Source of the DNA: Raillietiella orientalis
Taxonomy: Eukaryota
Length of the DNA: 64,000 bases
Assembly (NCBI GenBank): GCA_036172245.1
Contig: JAYWIR010000002.1
Span: 1,054,001-1,118,000 of the forward strand
Reading direction: 5' to 3'
The translations under genes and the position numbers were made by a program. Each line of letters starts with the position of its first letter. The first letter of the stretch is position 1. Of this stretch, positions 13,501 through 26,600 are shown in pieces. The notes under the pieces are model-generated. The model saw only the letters and a program-made list of their open reading frames with translations, did not search any database and had not been told where the DNA came from.

Positions 13501-14299
13501 CGGCATCACTCGCATCTCTTCCTTTGTAATGGAGATATTTTTCTTTTGCCCCTTCGTCCGATGGCACTCTCTTATCATACAGACCTTTAATTTTTCTGAA
13601 ATATGAACAGCTAAATAGCGCATTTCATCCTCCTTTGCTCGAAGCTTCTTTGTAGAATTTTTCAACCGCATGTCTTCCTAGGAGCAAGATCAATTGAGCA
13701 TATCATTTTTTATTATCTCCAATCCATCAAAATGGCATTTAGGACTTTGAATAAGCAGCAGTAAGTGATTCGGCTAGTTATAATCGTGTATTTTATCGAG
13801 ATGAAGACTCCGCGTTGCTTCTATCCGTCCTCTCAGGGTTATTTTGCATGGGCTTCCTTACTGAGCCCACAGTTAAGTGAAGTGAAGTCGATATTGATAG
13901 GGTATCATCCCCTTTGGGTATGGAAATCACATCAGTGAGTGGTTAATGGATCCAGCAAAATAATCCTCAAAGGATTTTCTCTGAATTTTCGACTGCAAAA
14001 CCAGATTCGGGACGGTTTTTTTTTCTTTTTTCCCCTTCAGCAACAGAAGAAGAACCATTCTCTTAGGGATAATTCGTGGGTTTTCTTGAAGGCTCATCGA
14101 AAAGCAAATTCCTGGACGATGTCTATTTGTGACTTTTGCTGGAACAAGATCTAGAATGCCATTTGCTCAGCCAAGACTGCCATTTCTGCTTTTTTTTTCT
14201 TCCCTTTAAGAACCATTTCGGTTCGGTTCGGCTCGAAAGCTCGTCTGGGGTGCAGTTAACGGGAAGTGCTTCACGAAACGAAATTGGTGACTGAAGCCA

Positions 14300-14850
14300 G
14301 AAAGGTGCGTGGGCGTTCTTCTCGCTAAAGGGAAACCAGAGCTCGAAATTAACCGGAATTCGTTCTCTGAAAGATGCTGGTTCTACGAATTTGCCAACTG
14401 TTCCCATGAAATCTTCTGTGACCAGGCCACACCTATCCGACCTCTCCTCTTGTCAACGGAACTCCAAGAAAAGTCTTCTGATCACGGTGGTTTAAAGATT
14501 AAATCCCAAAACCAAGGATACAAAAGGGCGAGGATCTCAATAAGAGCTGTTTTGTGGAGTCTTTGAAATTTTCAGTGTGTTTTTTCCTTCTCTCTCTCTC
14601 TCTCCCCTCTCTCGCTTTCTGCCATTCTTCCTTTTAAAGCTCCTCTGGAAGGAGTAAACCATTAATTACATCTTGAAATCCAATCAGATAAATTCATTCT
14701 TGTTTCTCAATAAATCAAGGGTGAATGACCAGCGAGTTCGATGAAGAGGAAGGGGCATTAGCGAATTCCTGGCAAATGGAGGAAGATTTCAGAAACAACA
14801 GAAATTCCTTAGGCAACAACATCTAAAGATCCCTTTTGCGGGGAACATGT
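14300..14850 (+). mobile_element. Decayed DIRS-like RT N-terminal fragment
   Basis: LLAKGKPELE..WFYE..PIRPLLLSTEL (ORF 14309, like lL.KgaiE..gFYs..RPvidl..L); FLANGGRFQ (~14766). Confidence 0.55.
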
Positions 14851-15137
14851 CTTTAAGACTTTAAAATCGCTACGATCACCTAATTTCGTTCTTCCAGCCG
14901 CCTTTCCTGGTTTTGTTCCAGAAACACTCGAAGAGTCCCTCATTTCCATGTGCGCTGGACCGTTTTTTCTAAAAAAAAAAAAAAAATAAAAGTAAGGAAA
15001 CAGGATTTCTTTCTTTCTCTCTGTCTTTCTCGAAAAAATAAAAAAAAAAACTCTGTTCTTCGCCTGATGCGAAGCGAAAGAGTCCGACCCTTGTGGACTG
15101 CAAAACTTGGAAAGAAGTAGTGGGTGGGGATAGGTAG

Positions 15138-16100
15138 GGTCAATAAATAAATAAGTAAATAAATAGGGGAAGGACCGAGAGGCCTCTCAGTGGTAATGAC
15201 TCCCAAGGGTGTCAATCGGAAAGGGTAGGAAAAGGGAGAGAAAAAGGGGGAGAGGAAATAGAGAGGGGATGATGGGGATGCTTTCACCTGCGGTTTGTCC
15301 AGTTTTGTGCACAATGGTTTCCTAGCTCCCTCTTGCACCATCCGCGCCAGTTTGGGGTCACTCCATCACATTGGCTCATGAGGCCCCATGGAGATCATGA
15401 AGGGGTCTCTGACACAAACGACGATCTCCTTCCATCCTGGCTACCGCTGTCCATGGCTCGTGGGCGTCAGAAGTATGACCAACGAGGGGGGAGGGCGATC
15501 ATCCGACAATGTCGAAGTGTCTCAAATACCCGCAACGGTGTGCCTTCAGGGTCATCGGGCGGATGGCTCGGCGCCCTTGCGCCGCATTTCCAGCCGTGTT
15601 GCACCTTCGCCGGACATTCCGGCAGCTAGTGAGGGAAGGTCTTCACTTTGTCACAGAACGCAGTTTCCTCGGGAAATTTCCTGCGAAATGGATAGGGCTG
15701 CTCCCTACTGCGTGAGAAAGAAGGTGCCAGTGGTGAGGTGGCAGTGCTGTGGTGGCGCACAGGAAGAACGCGTGCGCGCCCAGCAGGAAATACGGAAGGC
15801 TTCTCTAGGAAACCCTCGAAAGCACTTCTCCTGCCTTCCTTGCCCCTTGAAAAATGCAGATGTGCCTCAGAAGACAGGAGTTCGGAGGCAAGGATAAATC
15901 TCTCCTTGGATCCCTTCAGCTTTTCGAATGCTTTCTTAAGAGGAGGACGAAAAAGGGCATCAGGAAGAATGGGTGAGTAGAGAGCGAATCTCGCGAAGCC
16001 GCGCGGATCATACCTCATGAGGAGGAAGGAGATCGGAAGCACGCTAACACGTTCCTGCAGCTCTTTTCGAGTCCCACAACCCCACACAGTCTTCGTCCCC
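15138..16100 (-). mobile_element. Decayed DIRS-like YR plus 3' trailer
   Basis: LFRPPLKKAFEKL..RFILASELLSSEAHLH..GFLEK (ORF 15626-16102); in-frame AHEPWTAVA..PLHDLHGAS*AN (15465 to 15370, like AH.vRavA..l.dil.aaSW); then an (AATA)n tract at 15142-15165. Confidence 0.6.
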
Positions 16101-16689
16101 ACTACCTTCGCTCCTTCCCGTTTCCGTTGCCACGTATTGAAGACCTCCGAGTTCGGTTGGAACTGCCCGGTTCTTGAGGCTGGAAAGCACTCTCAAAGGA
16201 GAGAAGGACCTCTTTTAGTAGCAAGATCAACTGGTGCCAGGGGGTCCGGAGAATCCTCACACCCAACGCTTGCCGTCTGTCTGTTCTCTGTTCCGTCTTG
16301 TTGCCGTCTGAGACGGAGTTCCCGAGGCTGCTCTTGATGGACTTACATCCTCAGGAACTGGAGAGAGTCATGAAGACCATCTCGCTTCGAATTTCCGAAA
16401 TGGAAAAGCAGATGCGTCCTTTTCCTCCCGGAACCGATGAAGTAGTAGAAAATGGGAGCGCCAGAGAATGCCTTTTCTCACCCTGCTGTTGCTCATCGAG
16501 CAATTTGATTTCTTGCAGTGAAAGCTGAGAAGCCTTCTCTTTCCGGATTGCCAGGCCATTCATTTAAAATAAATAAATGAAACGGTTGCGATAAGAAAGG
16601 GACCGACATGTGCCGACCTGAAACGAAAGGGACCAAACGCCACTGAAATCGAGAATAGAACCAGAGAACGAGCGGAGGAAAGGGAGAGA

Positions 16690-19400
16690 GGTCCAATAAA
16701 TAAATAAATATGGGGTGGGTTGGACCGACCTCACGGAGATATACCAAGTGCCTGCATCAGGAAGGATGGAAGAAGATGATGGAATGCATTCAATGGTCTC
16801 GAGCTATTCTGACCAAAGTCATCTTTAGGCACTCTTGTATTTCTCATCCAAGCTTTGGCCCATTTCATCGCCCTCCGTATAGGGCCGATAGCAATTGAGG
16901 AGGGATCCCCAGAAGGACAGCCATATCCTTCTTCCATTTTGTCTATCATCGTTGCTCACATGGGGTTGATTTACAGAGAAGAGGCAACCAGTAAACCTGT
17001 AGAGGGAAGCATCTATCTGGACAGGTTCCGTAGATCATTAACGGTGGATTGAATTGACCTTGCGATGCACCTCAATCCCTGCTGCAGCTGAGATGGATTC
17101 GTTTGCTGCTTCAGTTTTCCATTGAGTCTTCCAATTCTGAGTTCCTCCACAAAGGTGTCAGATTCAAGAACATATCTATCCATTTCTGCTTAATCTGACC
17201 TGATGACCCCTCGGAGAAGAATCGGGTGGCCTGCGGTCTTTTAGTCGACGTACGGCACGGAATGAAAGTACTTTATCTGAAGCTTGAGTTTTGAGGACCA
17301 AATTATCCTAAGAGAGATTTTCTGGCTTCAAAGACAGCACTGAATTTCTTGCATCCATGATTCGCATTTTTCGATGTCGTATCCGCCACATTGCTCTTCG
17401 TGTGCATTCAACCCTCACCTCGATCACCCTGCACTAAAATGCTAACTTAAATCGTTCATTTCTTGCAGACTTCGTTCGCATCTGACTTCGGAGCAATCTC
17501 ATGGAAGCCATTTCGTATTCCGGTCTTTCTGTTTCTGGAAGCCAAAAGCTCTCAGGTCAACTTCACACATTTTCATACACGCTTTCATTGACCTTCGAAT
17601 TCTTTCCTCATGTGGCATAGGCTAATTTTTGAAATTTTCTTGCTTTGAGTATTTCTTGCACGCTTTCAAATACTTTTTTTGCGCACCTCCGTGCCGTTAG
17701 GATCCCATAGGATCCTCCGCGCCCGATCCTCTTAGGAAAGTTTGGTCCTCACAACTTTCTGTGCTCCTCATCGTCTTTGGAGCCTTTTCCAGGAACGTCC
17801 TTTGCAACCGTACAATGTAAAGCTGTTGATCTGGAAATCTCTTTCTGAAGGATATAGCACCTTTCTTTTGGAATCTTCCTGATGGATCTCCTTTTTAGAA
17901 GAGTGCTGAAAATTATTTGATTCTATTGATGACTCTTTTCGTTGGCATGCTTTCCAAGTTGGCTTAAGTCCTCATCACTTTATTGTCTGGAATGGTTCAT
18001 TGTGAATAGACAGTTCTAGATGACGAAATGGCCCGGGAAGTTGTATCGACGCTGTTCTTGGAGACCCCTCTGAACGGCACGTTAGTTTGTCCCAGTCTGC
18101 TCACACTGGGATCCGGCCACGTCCTCGGTGATTCGGCCCACCTTTGAGACCATTTCAAAACAACACATTCCCTGGGGCTCGCTCGCTCGTCTCTTGCGCG
18201 CTCACTCCCAGAGATTTGCCTTGAGAAGGAGCAGTGAGCCTGCGAAAGTGTTCCGTTGGAATCCAAGCATAATAAGAAGTCGGATGTGTACATTGCCTCT
18301 GCGTTCAGTTTTGGAGTGGTCTCTGTCCCACTACTCATTTCAAACTGGGGAGTGAGGCAAGGAAGCAGAGGGCTGCTCTCGTTTTGAATCCTGAACCTAG
18401 TTTTCCTTTTACGAATGTGGGGACCGCCAAAGTTCTAAAAGAACTGAAAGAAATTCCGGAAAGAACTCAGAAGAGAAACGAAGCTCAAGATCTCAGTCGG
18501 GGGAGGTGAGACAGTGTTCCTCCAAGGATCAGAGAAAATCGACTCAATCTCCATACATCCTTTCAGAAGGTTATATGATTTTCGAAAATAAGGCAACCCG
18601 TATTGTTTTGCTGAGGAGATGCCATCCCAGAAGGTGGAAGTAGGCAGTTCAATCTGCAGATGCATGGTTCTTCAGATGCAATTATGCCGCAGCTTCCGAT
18701 GAAGTTGCGTGAACCCGTGTTGATGTATTGCAAACGGAATGTTTGTTTGTTTTTTTCCACAAAGAATGAATCTTTCGGACGCGATATTTTCTCTCCCTGA
18801 TGCTGTATTCCCTACAGGAGTTTCATGTTCAAAGCGCAAACAAGATGTGGTGAGAAAAATTAATTCTTTTCGTTTCGTTAATTCGCAAGGTTCTCCTTAG
18901 ACATTCAGAATGGCTCCGAAGAATCGATGCAGTGCCTCTTTACTTGACCTGCGATGGTGAAACGAAGAATTCGGAGATGCACCGGAGATGGCAAAATGGA
19001 AAAAGCTTCGTACGTGAACCGAATCTTTCAGTCTCCTAGCGATGGACGTTCTCTCGAATGCTATCTAGATATATTCCTTGACGATTATAATGATCAAATA
19101 CGCTCTGATTGATTGTCCCTGATAATGACGCTGATCAGCCTTAATGCAAGCAAGTGAAATGATACATGCAGAAAGAACCTAAAGGGTCCTATTGCTAAGT
19201 GAGGACATTACGGCAGGAGGCTCCCTCATATGAAAACTCGCTTATAAGGCCAAGTCCGTATGAGACCAAGAGGAAGGTGCTGCACTGTGTGTGAAATCCC
19301 TCTCTTGGGTGCATGAGACTTCTTGAAATCACCAAGTGCATTTGGCAGCTGCAAAGACATCAAAATCGTCTAAGAAAACTTTGTTCAGAGGGCTCACTCA
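16690..19400 (-). mobile_element. Best-preserved DIRS-like relic (RT-RH-YR plus 3' trailer)
   Basis: RT: TDLAL*ASFHM (19259-19227), MYHFTCLH*G*SA (19167-19129), in-frame RQGIYLDSI (19083-19057), RFFGAILN (18926-18903). RH: LCLDSNGT..VLKWSQ..LGQTNV..GVSK (ORF 17997-18338). YR: KYLKACKKY (~17670) and IRRAMKWAKAWMRN..NAFHHLL (ORF 16731-16949). Confidence 0.8.
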
Positions 19401-19669
19401 TTCGCTCACAAAGAGGATGATTCCTTTGAGCATCGAAGTGTTAGCTTTGGAAATGCGAGAATGGAAGCCGAACTCTCTTCATAGAGCGGACTCTTTCCGC
19501 CATTTTGTCTTCGGTAGGATTTCCGATCCCTAGCCACGCTTTGAATAACAAAGATGCTGCCTGGGCAGAAATTCCTTTTTGTTGTTTAAATGAGACCAGA
19601 AAGAGAATGGCATGAAGAACAATTCCTTTCGAGAACGCTCGTTATCGAGATGTACTTAATTTGGCTTGT

Positions 19670-20140
19670 GCATAAGGGTCCTTTTGACTTGTACACTTCT
19701 TAACACCACTTGATCACTGGATGTCCTGCCTTTTGGTCACTGTCTTATGGACATATTTGAACTAAGGAAAACATTAATATTTTAAAGCCAGATCTTAGGG
19801 ATTTTCGTGTTCCTGTTCTCATGAGTTTGTTGGATTCGCGTGGTCTTTGAGGAAGGTTATCCTTCCTGGAGGATATCTCTCCCAAGAAAATTCGCATGCT
19901 TTTAGCATTCATGACATATTTAAATAAATTGCGAAGAAGTTTAATTGGAAGCTTGGTTCAGGAGTGCGCAATTATAGAAGACCACTTGTCGATGTGTCTC
20001 TTAGAGTGCTCCGTCTTCGTATTGAAAAAGCCAGTGTTTACTATACCGAACTGTCGAATTGCAGAGGTCATACCAGCGTCCCTGTCTTTAACCGGCATTT
20101 GCTCAGCACATAAGCTCTTCGAGTATCAAGAGGTTCCTTG
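19670..20140 (+). mobile_element. Decayed DIRS-like RT fragment
   Basis: PDLRDFRVP (19788-19814, like iDLkDAy.hvP); FMTYLNKL..CLLECSVFVLKKPVFTIP (ORF 19896, like YLDD..ll..lGf.in.eKs.l.P). Confidence 0.5.
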
Positions 20141-22525
20141 AACCAGAACCTCATGGTGACGGGAAGGCTCTAGGTGCACGATGAAAGAAACACGTGCGTC
20201 AGATGTCACACAGTTTGATTCGGAAAGTAATTGCGGCAAATTGAAGAAAGAAGAGAGAAAGTCGGATCGACAAGCTCTTCGAGGATGCTGGTTCATCGTC
20301 TTCATCGTGCTCAAAAAGTTTGCGATGTGCGGGAGATGAAAGAAGAATGGAGCGCAATTCCCTCACGGTGGAGACGATCCCAGTATTGATGGTGAACGCA
20401 AAAAAAAAAAAATTCGAGATCCCCTTGTGAATGCTGGAACCCTGAAAGCCTTCTCAGTGTAAGAGTACTTTTTCTTCTTTTTAACACTCAGAAATGATCA
20501 TCAAGACTAGCCTGCCACAGCAGCTTTGCTTATCCCATCCGCCCTGATAGTTTAGCAAAAAACATACAACAGTCGGCGGTAAAGCATACTGCATTTTCGA
20601 TCCTCGGGCTCAAGAGTTTTTCCTTCTCCCCTTTCTTTCTCTTGATCCGTCAGTGTCAGTGGTTTTCGCTTGTCTTTCACCGAGTAGTTCTCGCATAAGT
20701 TTTTCCGCAGTCAACCTAAGCTGATCTGCTTTCAGCACTGACAAAACACACGAACGACACGAACCCTTTCCTCGGGTTCGTTCCACTTCCTCCTCGCCCA
20801 CCTTTTCGCTTTGCTTTTACTCCTTCTCGAAGCCGTTTCTTCGAGATCTTTTTCGAGGAAAGCCCTCTTGTGGTATCTGAACTGGTATGCCATTATCTGC
20901 AAAGCCACTCCCTGCAGTGGCAATCGGCCGAAGAGAAATCTATGCTGAGCTCCTGTATTCGAGATCACTTTTCCCCATGGAAGCCTCCCATAATGTGGTT
21001 CAGTCTCGAGAACCTGGAGCATGAGGGAAGCGAGCCAGGGACCAGGAGACGGAAACGAGGGAGAGAGCGGTTCAAGGAGGGCTGCGCAGCTGAAAGTACA
21101 GACGCGCCGTTCTTGCAAAGTTTTTTTTTTTTTTTTTTTTAATTTTTTTTTGCGCCCCGCAATCCATGGCTAGGAGTTCCAATTCAAAGAACAACATTTG
21201 GGAATGCTGACCACTCTGGTTCGACATTCACAATAAGATCATATCAGTTATGTTCTCTGCCAACGACCTTTCGCTGTTGTCCTTCGACCCACCAGGGTCG
21301 GAGCCTCGCATCCTTTTCCTCTCTTTGGAGCATTGGAGACCTCTCGGCCGACTCCACCTGTCAAGCTCCCTGCGCCCTTTGGGAACTTCTTTCATCCTGT
21401 GACTTGTCTTGAACTCCTCGGCCGAAGACTTAATGTTCCCAAACGGGAGTAGGGCTGCTTCCTGTTTGCGTACCTCTCGTCGGTCCACTCCGATGTTTAT
21501 GATGGCTATCGGGGCTCCGGGACTGCCCTTATCATTCGCGTGCGGAGGAATGGAATCCGTTTTTCCTCTGGGCTGTACCTCGAACTCCGCCGTCTCCTGC
21601 TCAACCCCTGCTGTTGATGTTGAGGCTGTTTTTTTTTTTTTTTTTTTTTCTTCGGCTCGCAACACCTCGGATTGCTGATTGATTACGTCCTTTGTTAGCT
21701 TGTGCTGAAGGGATTTTCGAAAACGTCCGAACCAGAATCTTCGGCTTTCGGCTGGCAGGCAGGCCTTTATTCGCCTGTTTGTTTTCTCCTCCGGGAAGGA
21801 TCTGACGCTGCTCTGCCTCGGGTCGGCCGCTGCTCCACCGAATGGAAAGCTCGAACCGCGAGCAGAGAGACCGAACCGCTCGACTTGCGTGCGTCTCCGA
21901 GGCGCGCCGCTTCCTGGCCTTGATTCGATGCTTTGAGGTGTGTCCGGCAAGGCGGCAACGCCTAAACCGAGAGATTTCGATTACTCTCTTCCCATGAATC
22001 GTCTGATTTTTCAAGTGCTGGAACCATTCACAAGAAGAAACAGCGCTGAAAGGAAATTTGAGCGAAAGGATGGAAAGGCTTGGCAGCTTCCTCTGAAGTC
22101 ATAAAAATCAGTCACTCCAGAGAGCTGCAGAAGATTCGCTTGCATCGATTACCATTAGTCAGAGCAATTTCGAACATCTCTATCGCGATTTATAGAATCT
22201 GAATCTGAGGTGCGTACGAAGCGCGGTCTCCGATGCATTCGGCTTTTTTTCTTTTTTCTTTTTTGTAGCTTCACGGTAGTTAAGTTAATTCTGGTCCGAA
22301 TTCTCTATGATTTATTGATCTTCCCTGCTCCTACATAGTAAAAGATAAGAAGATACTTAAATTTTTATTGGTGCGACCTCAACCTGGCTTGTAACGGTTT
22401 ATCTTGCTTTCTGAAAACTCCGTCAGAAGAAAAAAACGTCCCGATAAAAATCCGATGTGTTAGGAGAGCCAATCCTTCTAGAAAATATCATTATTTTCTT
22501 TTTCTCAATCAATCAAACATACACC

Positions 22526-22530
<5 letters not shown>

Positions 22531-22563
<33 letters not shown>
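22531..22563. repeat. (AT)16 microsatellite
   Basis: Directly visible perfect AT dinucleotide run. Confidence 0.98.
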
Positions 22564-22565
<2 letters not shown>

Positions 22566-22679
22566 GAGAAATTACGTACGGAGAAATAAACTTGTTCATC
22601 CTTTGCATGTAGTCGGCGGATTGAGATAATCTTGGGCTACACCCGAATGAGTCCACTTCATTCCGTGGTTTCGCACAGC

Positions 22680-23120
22680 TTGGAAGTACCCGGTACCACT
22701 TGTGGGATGAAGAAACCCCCCAACTGCTCGCCGTTTTTCCGATCACATCAAAGACCTGGGACTCCTCCCACAGCAAGCATTCTCGCTACTCCTTACTGCA
22801 GTCTCCCGAAAGGGTACGTTCAGAAGGCACCGTGGTTGCTCCTCAAGCTCGAGATTCTAGTGATTCCTCGTCAGTTTCCCTTGGAAACCGCAAGCACGCT
22901 TGAAATGCCGTGTTCGGGATGGCTTATTTGGCCACGATACTTCCCAGCAGTCGGCACACCTGGAGCAAGGGACGACTGCTGATCGATCCGGCTTGGGATT
23001 TAGAGAAACTGCCTTCCGATCCGCGGCATTCGCACGTACGTCGGGTCGTGACCTAAATCGCCTGCTGCTTGCCGATTCGGGTCCTCAAAACGTCAGCTTG
23101 AGATTGCGCTTCCAAGTGGA
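22680..23120 (-). mobile_element. Decayed, internally deleted DIRS-like YR C-terminal fragment
   Basis: LKLTF*GPESASSRRF (23102-23055); AVSKGN*RGI (~22890); DVIGKTASSWGVSSSHKWY (ORF 22513-22776, like I.kaA.W.s.stF.k.Y). Confidence 0.55.
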
Positions 23121-23329
23121 TCCAAGACGTATATGCCGGGCGATCGGAGCTCCTACCCGGCATCTCCTAGATGCTTTCACTGAAAAACCTCCCGAGGAGG
23201 CTTCCGAACAAAAGCAGTCCTCTTTTCTCAGTCAACACATGGGCGAACTAGTCAAAGTAGCATTGATTCAGATCGTAATCAGCATTTTTCCCTCCTCGCG
23301 TCACGCGATCTTTATAATCTGACTCGTAA

Positions 23330-26300
23330 TGAATTTCATTTCCGAAATTGCTCCTCAAGGCAATGTTTTCAGATTCTTGGGAACAGAGATGATCACTCAT
23401 GTATCAAATAAACCCTCTTCGAATTCGAGTAGATCATCTAATTTCCGCCAATCTTTCCCTCATTTGTTCTTTCGCAAATTGCTTGAGAGCTGGATGCTGA
23501 AGAGAGTCCCATGCACTCGGACGCGGTCTGGCATCTTTCAATCTGCGTTTGTTGGAGAACAAAGTAACTCGTTCTCTGTTACTATGCACGGAGAATCAGT
23601 GCCTGAACATGGGAAAGAGCATCTTCACGAGCCTTCCTCTTCCAGGACTGTTTCCTTCGCATAAAGAAAATGAGCACCTCGCTCGGGATTTCGTGGAAGG
23701 GAAGCAGCCTCGCACCTTTCTCCGGAAAGAAGGAAGGACAGCTGGTGATTTACCTTTCTTTAATTTGCCCAGTTCATAAAGCAGAAGTTTGTGCGCTTTC
23801 TCCTCTCATTTACGAGAGACGATCATCTCGTGGAGCCGAAAAGGGGATTCTGCAGTTCCAGACGGGAAGGATTTTTCCATGACAGAGGACGCTCGGGGCG
23901 TTCCTAACGATTACGATTCCATCTAATCCGATCACATTCATTGCAAAGTTCCATTAGATCTCATAAAATACAGTGAGAATGGATCCTTTCTGAATAGATT
24001 TCCAACAATGACCATCATTCATGCTCCTGTTGGGAAATTGGCATTAATGATTAACATTCACAAGAGAATTTATCACCAGAACTCCTCCCAGCATTTGGCT
24101 CTCTTGCTCCTCAGTGCATTTACGATTGCCAGTGTACACACTCCCAGCGTGCACTCACACAGAGACACGGAAACATGATCACATCACAGTGATTATTGAA
24201 ACCAGCATTGGATTTTCTGTTAGGCAGCATTCAGTGTAGTATCCTCTTACTTCTTGCAAAAATCTTAGCGTCTCTGCACCTTCTCACATCACAGATAGGC
24301 CATTGGGTGTTCAGTTTCAAAGATGCTCAAACTTTTCTTAATCCTGGAAGGAGAAGGAATCCTGATAGCGCCTCTAGCGTGAGCCAGAAAGTTGCGTTCT
24401 TGCGATCTTGACATGTCTTCCGAATCAGGTCTCTTTTGAGCCTCTCTCCGCCGGCATCTTCCCCTGTTTCGGGAAAAACCCGGGTCTTTCGGAGTGGGGA
24501 TCGCTCAGAAGATTGGCTCAGAAGATCCGATCTTGTGATGGAAACTTGCAGTCTTTTACCCAGAAGGGAGAGTTCTTACCGACCCTGGCACATCTTGCCA
24601 GCACAAGAAAGCTCCACCGAATCCTCTCTCGAAATGGTTCTTCGGAACGCTCCAAGAAAACAGGAGCTCTTCGTTTTCTTCCCCTCGAGGGATTTTGGAG
24701 TTTCTCCTTCCTTCTCGGACTGACCGGTGGCCGACCTTTCTTCTTCCAGAAATTCGCTCTTTCTGTGGGGACAGGCCATGGCCTCATCACCTGAGCATCC
24801 GTCTGAAGAACGCGCCTTGCAATCTTCTCTTCTTCCTGGAATGGGATTTTGGGATGGGAAAGGGACTTGCACCGCCCAGCGGACAACAAGAAAACCGGAG
24901 AGGTTCTTTTGGGGGGGGAGGGGAAGCACAGTTGACGAACATGTGGAACTACAAAGGATCTCAGCCAAAGATCTCGGTGCCGACCACGCTTGCTGCCTGA
25001 GTACCACTCCAGGAAGCTTCCTGTTGGCAGCGAACAACAGTCGAAGAACTTGCTGCAGCATTTTAGCTCGCATGATTTTTCTTGGGCTAGAGGGAAGTGC
25101 AGATGTGCCTGAGACCTTCAGTCAGCTACCAGAACAGCACTAAATCACAACGGTAACTTCCAGTATCGGAAATGGGATATTTCAGTAGGAAAGGAAGCAC
25201 GAAGAAGAGCTGTAGACAGTGTTCAGAGGAAGAGGAAGGAACTGCCTGGTTAGTGTATTTGGAAGAGCTCGAAAAAAAAAAAAAAATCCACATATCCCTG
25301 TGCAGCAGACATGCATGCAGAAGGGATGGCTCTTCTTCCTCCCCCCCCCCCCTCTCTCTCTCTCTTTGTGCCTATGTACGCAGTGTCAAAAAGAAGTCCT
25401 ATATTTCCTGCTCCTAACACGGAAATCTCCATTCCCGATCGAGGAAGAATGCAGTGGACAAAATGATGGGAGAATCGATTTCTGAGAAACAATCCCCAAA
25501 TAAAGGAATTAGGAAAAATCTGAACCCTCCCTCCTCCCCCCTTTTTTGGAAAAATAAACGACTGACAGAAATCCGTAATTTGGATTTGCATGATCAACGA
25601 GTCACAAACACTTGGGGGAGGGACGAAGGGGGAAAGGGGGAGAGAGGGTTAGTGAGAGCATCCCCGTAAGAGCGAAAGGAACACAGCAACGAAAATCACA
25701 GCACAAGGCATAATATCATATCCTTGTGCCTGCACGAATGTCATATCTGCGTTCAAAACTTGATGGAGGGACTTTCCATTTTCTTCTTTCCCGCGGAGCG
25801 TTCTCCTCCCGCAACTCCGAACGCGCGCGCGAAACAACACAAAGACGGTATCCAGGAAAGAGCTGATTTGGTCTGAAATACGACCGTGTGAGAAGTGCAA
25901 AAATCCTAATAGAAACGGAAAAATTCAGTCCCAAGATTATTTTGAGCATCTGAGTCGGATGTATATTATCTTTCTCAGTTGGAAACTGATTTAAAACAGC
26001 AAGTTACGAGGTCCCTCATAGCCAAGATGAAATTTTATTTATTGCATCCTCGAGCAGCTCATCAGATGATCGCATTGTACTTAAGACGAACTGTGCCATT
26101 TTTCTATCAGCTCTGGGAAAATAAACAAGCTTGGAGACTTTCAGAGGAAGCAGAGGAGAATTCCTCTGCTTCCTCTGGCTCTGTTGCTATAGGAGAATTC
26201 CTATAGCAACAGAGCACTAGATCGTGATCGGAGGAACAAAGGAATGTAGCAGTGAAGCAACCGAGGTGCAAAACTCGTAAATCCCCTCTCTCTGTAAATA

Positions 26301-26600
26301 TGGAGGACTACAGGACTGGAAATTTTCTGCCAGAAGTGGAGTCGAACCTCGGAAAATTTCCGTCTTGAGGAGGGATGATGTCGCGGTACCTGGAAACCGG
26401 GCGACTCCCAATCACCTGCGAGCATTCTCTCTCCCACCCTTTCGTGGGAAGTGTTTCAGCATCCACTGCTGCCCTCAGTACTCAAGAGCACTTTCTCGTA
26501 TGGCGGAGGTGCTTCTCGCAAATCCCAGCATTCTGCCATCTTGGAGAAAAGCTCTGGCGTTGCACGTGAGGATTCGCCGCACTAAAGCGCGTGCATCAGC
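23330..26600 (+). mobile_element. Decayed DIRS-like relic (RT end-RH-MT-YR) interrupted by simple-sequence tracts
   Basis: FRFLG (ORF 23329); LNMGKSIF (ORF 23549); LLLAKILASL (ORF 24196); RRESSYRPWHIL (ORF 24436); GFWDG..SFLLAANNSRR (ORF 24727); LLHPRA..LYLRRT (ORF 25979); FSIHCC..PSWRK (ORF 26365). May be more than one copy. Confidence 0.55.
26142..26215. repeat. Two abutting perfect hairpins (16-bp and 17-bp stems), both with a GAAT loop
   Basis: cagaggaagcagagga-gaat-tcctctgcttcctctg (26142-26177) is followed immediately by gctctgttgctatagga-gaat-tcctatagcaacagagc (26178-26215). Arms checked base by base. Confidence 0.97.

Noticed and set aside
16690-16949. 3' end of a non-LTR retrotransposon with a (TATT)n tail
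   Set aside because: The upstream peptide fits a YR C-terminus and is colinear with DIRS-type RT and RH motifs. No LINE endonuclease motifs were seen.
21228-21950. Longest ORF (240 aa, minus strand) as a protein-coding gene
   Set aside because: No recognisable domain, and it runs through a homopolymer (poly-Lys from a T run). At most gag-derived low-complexity sequence.
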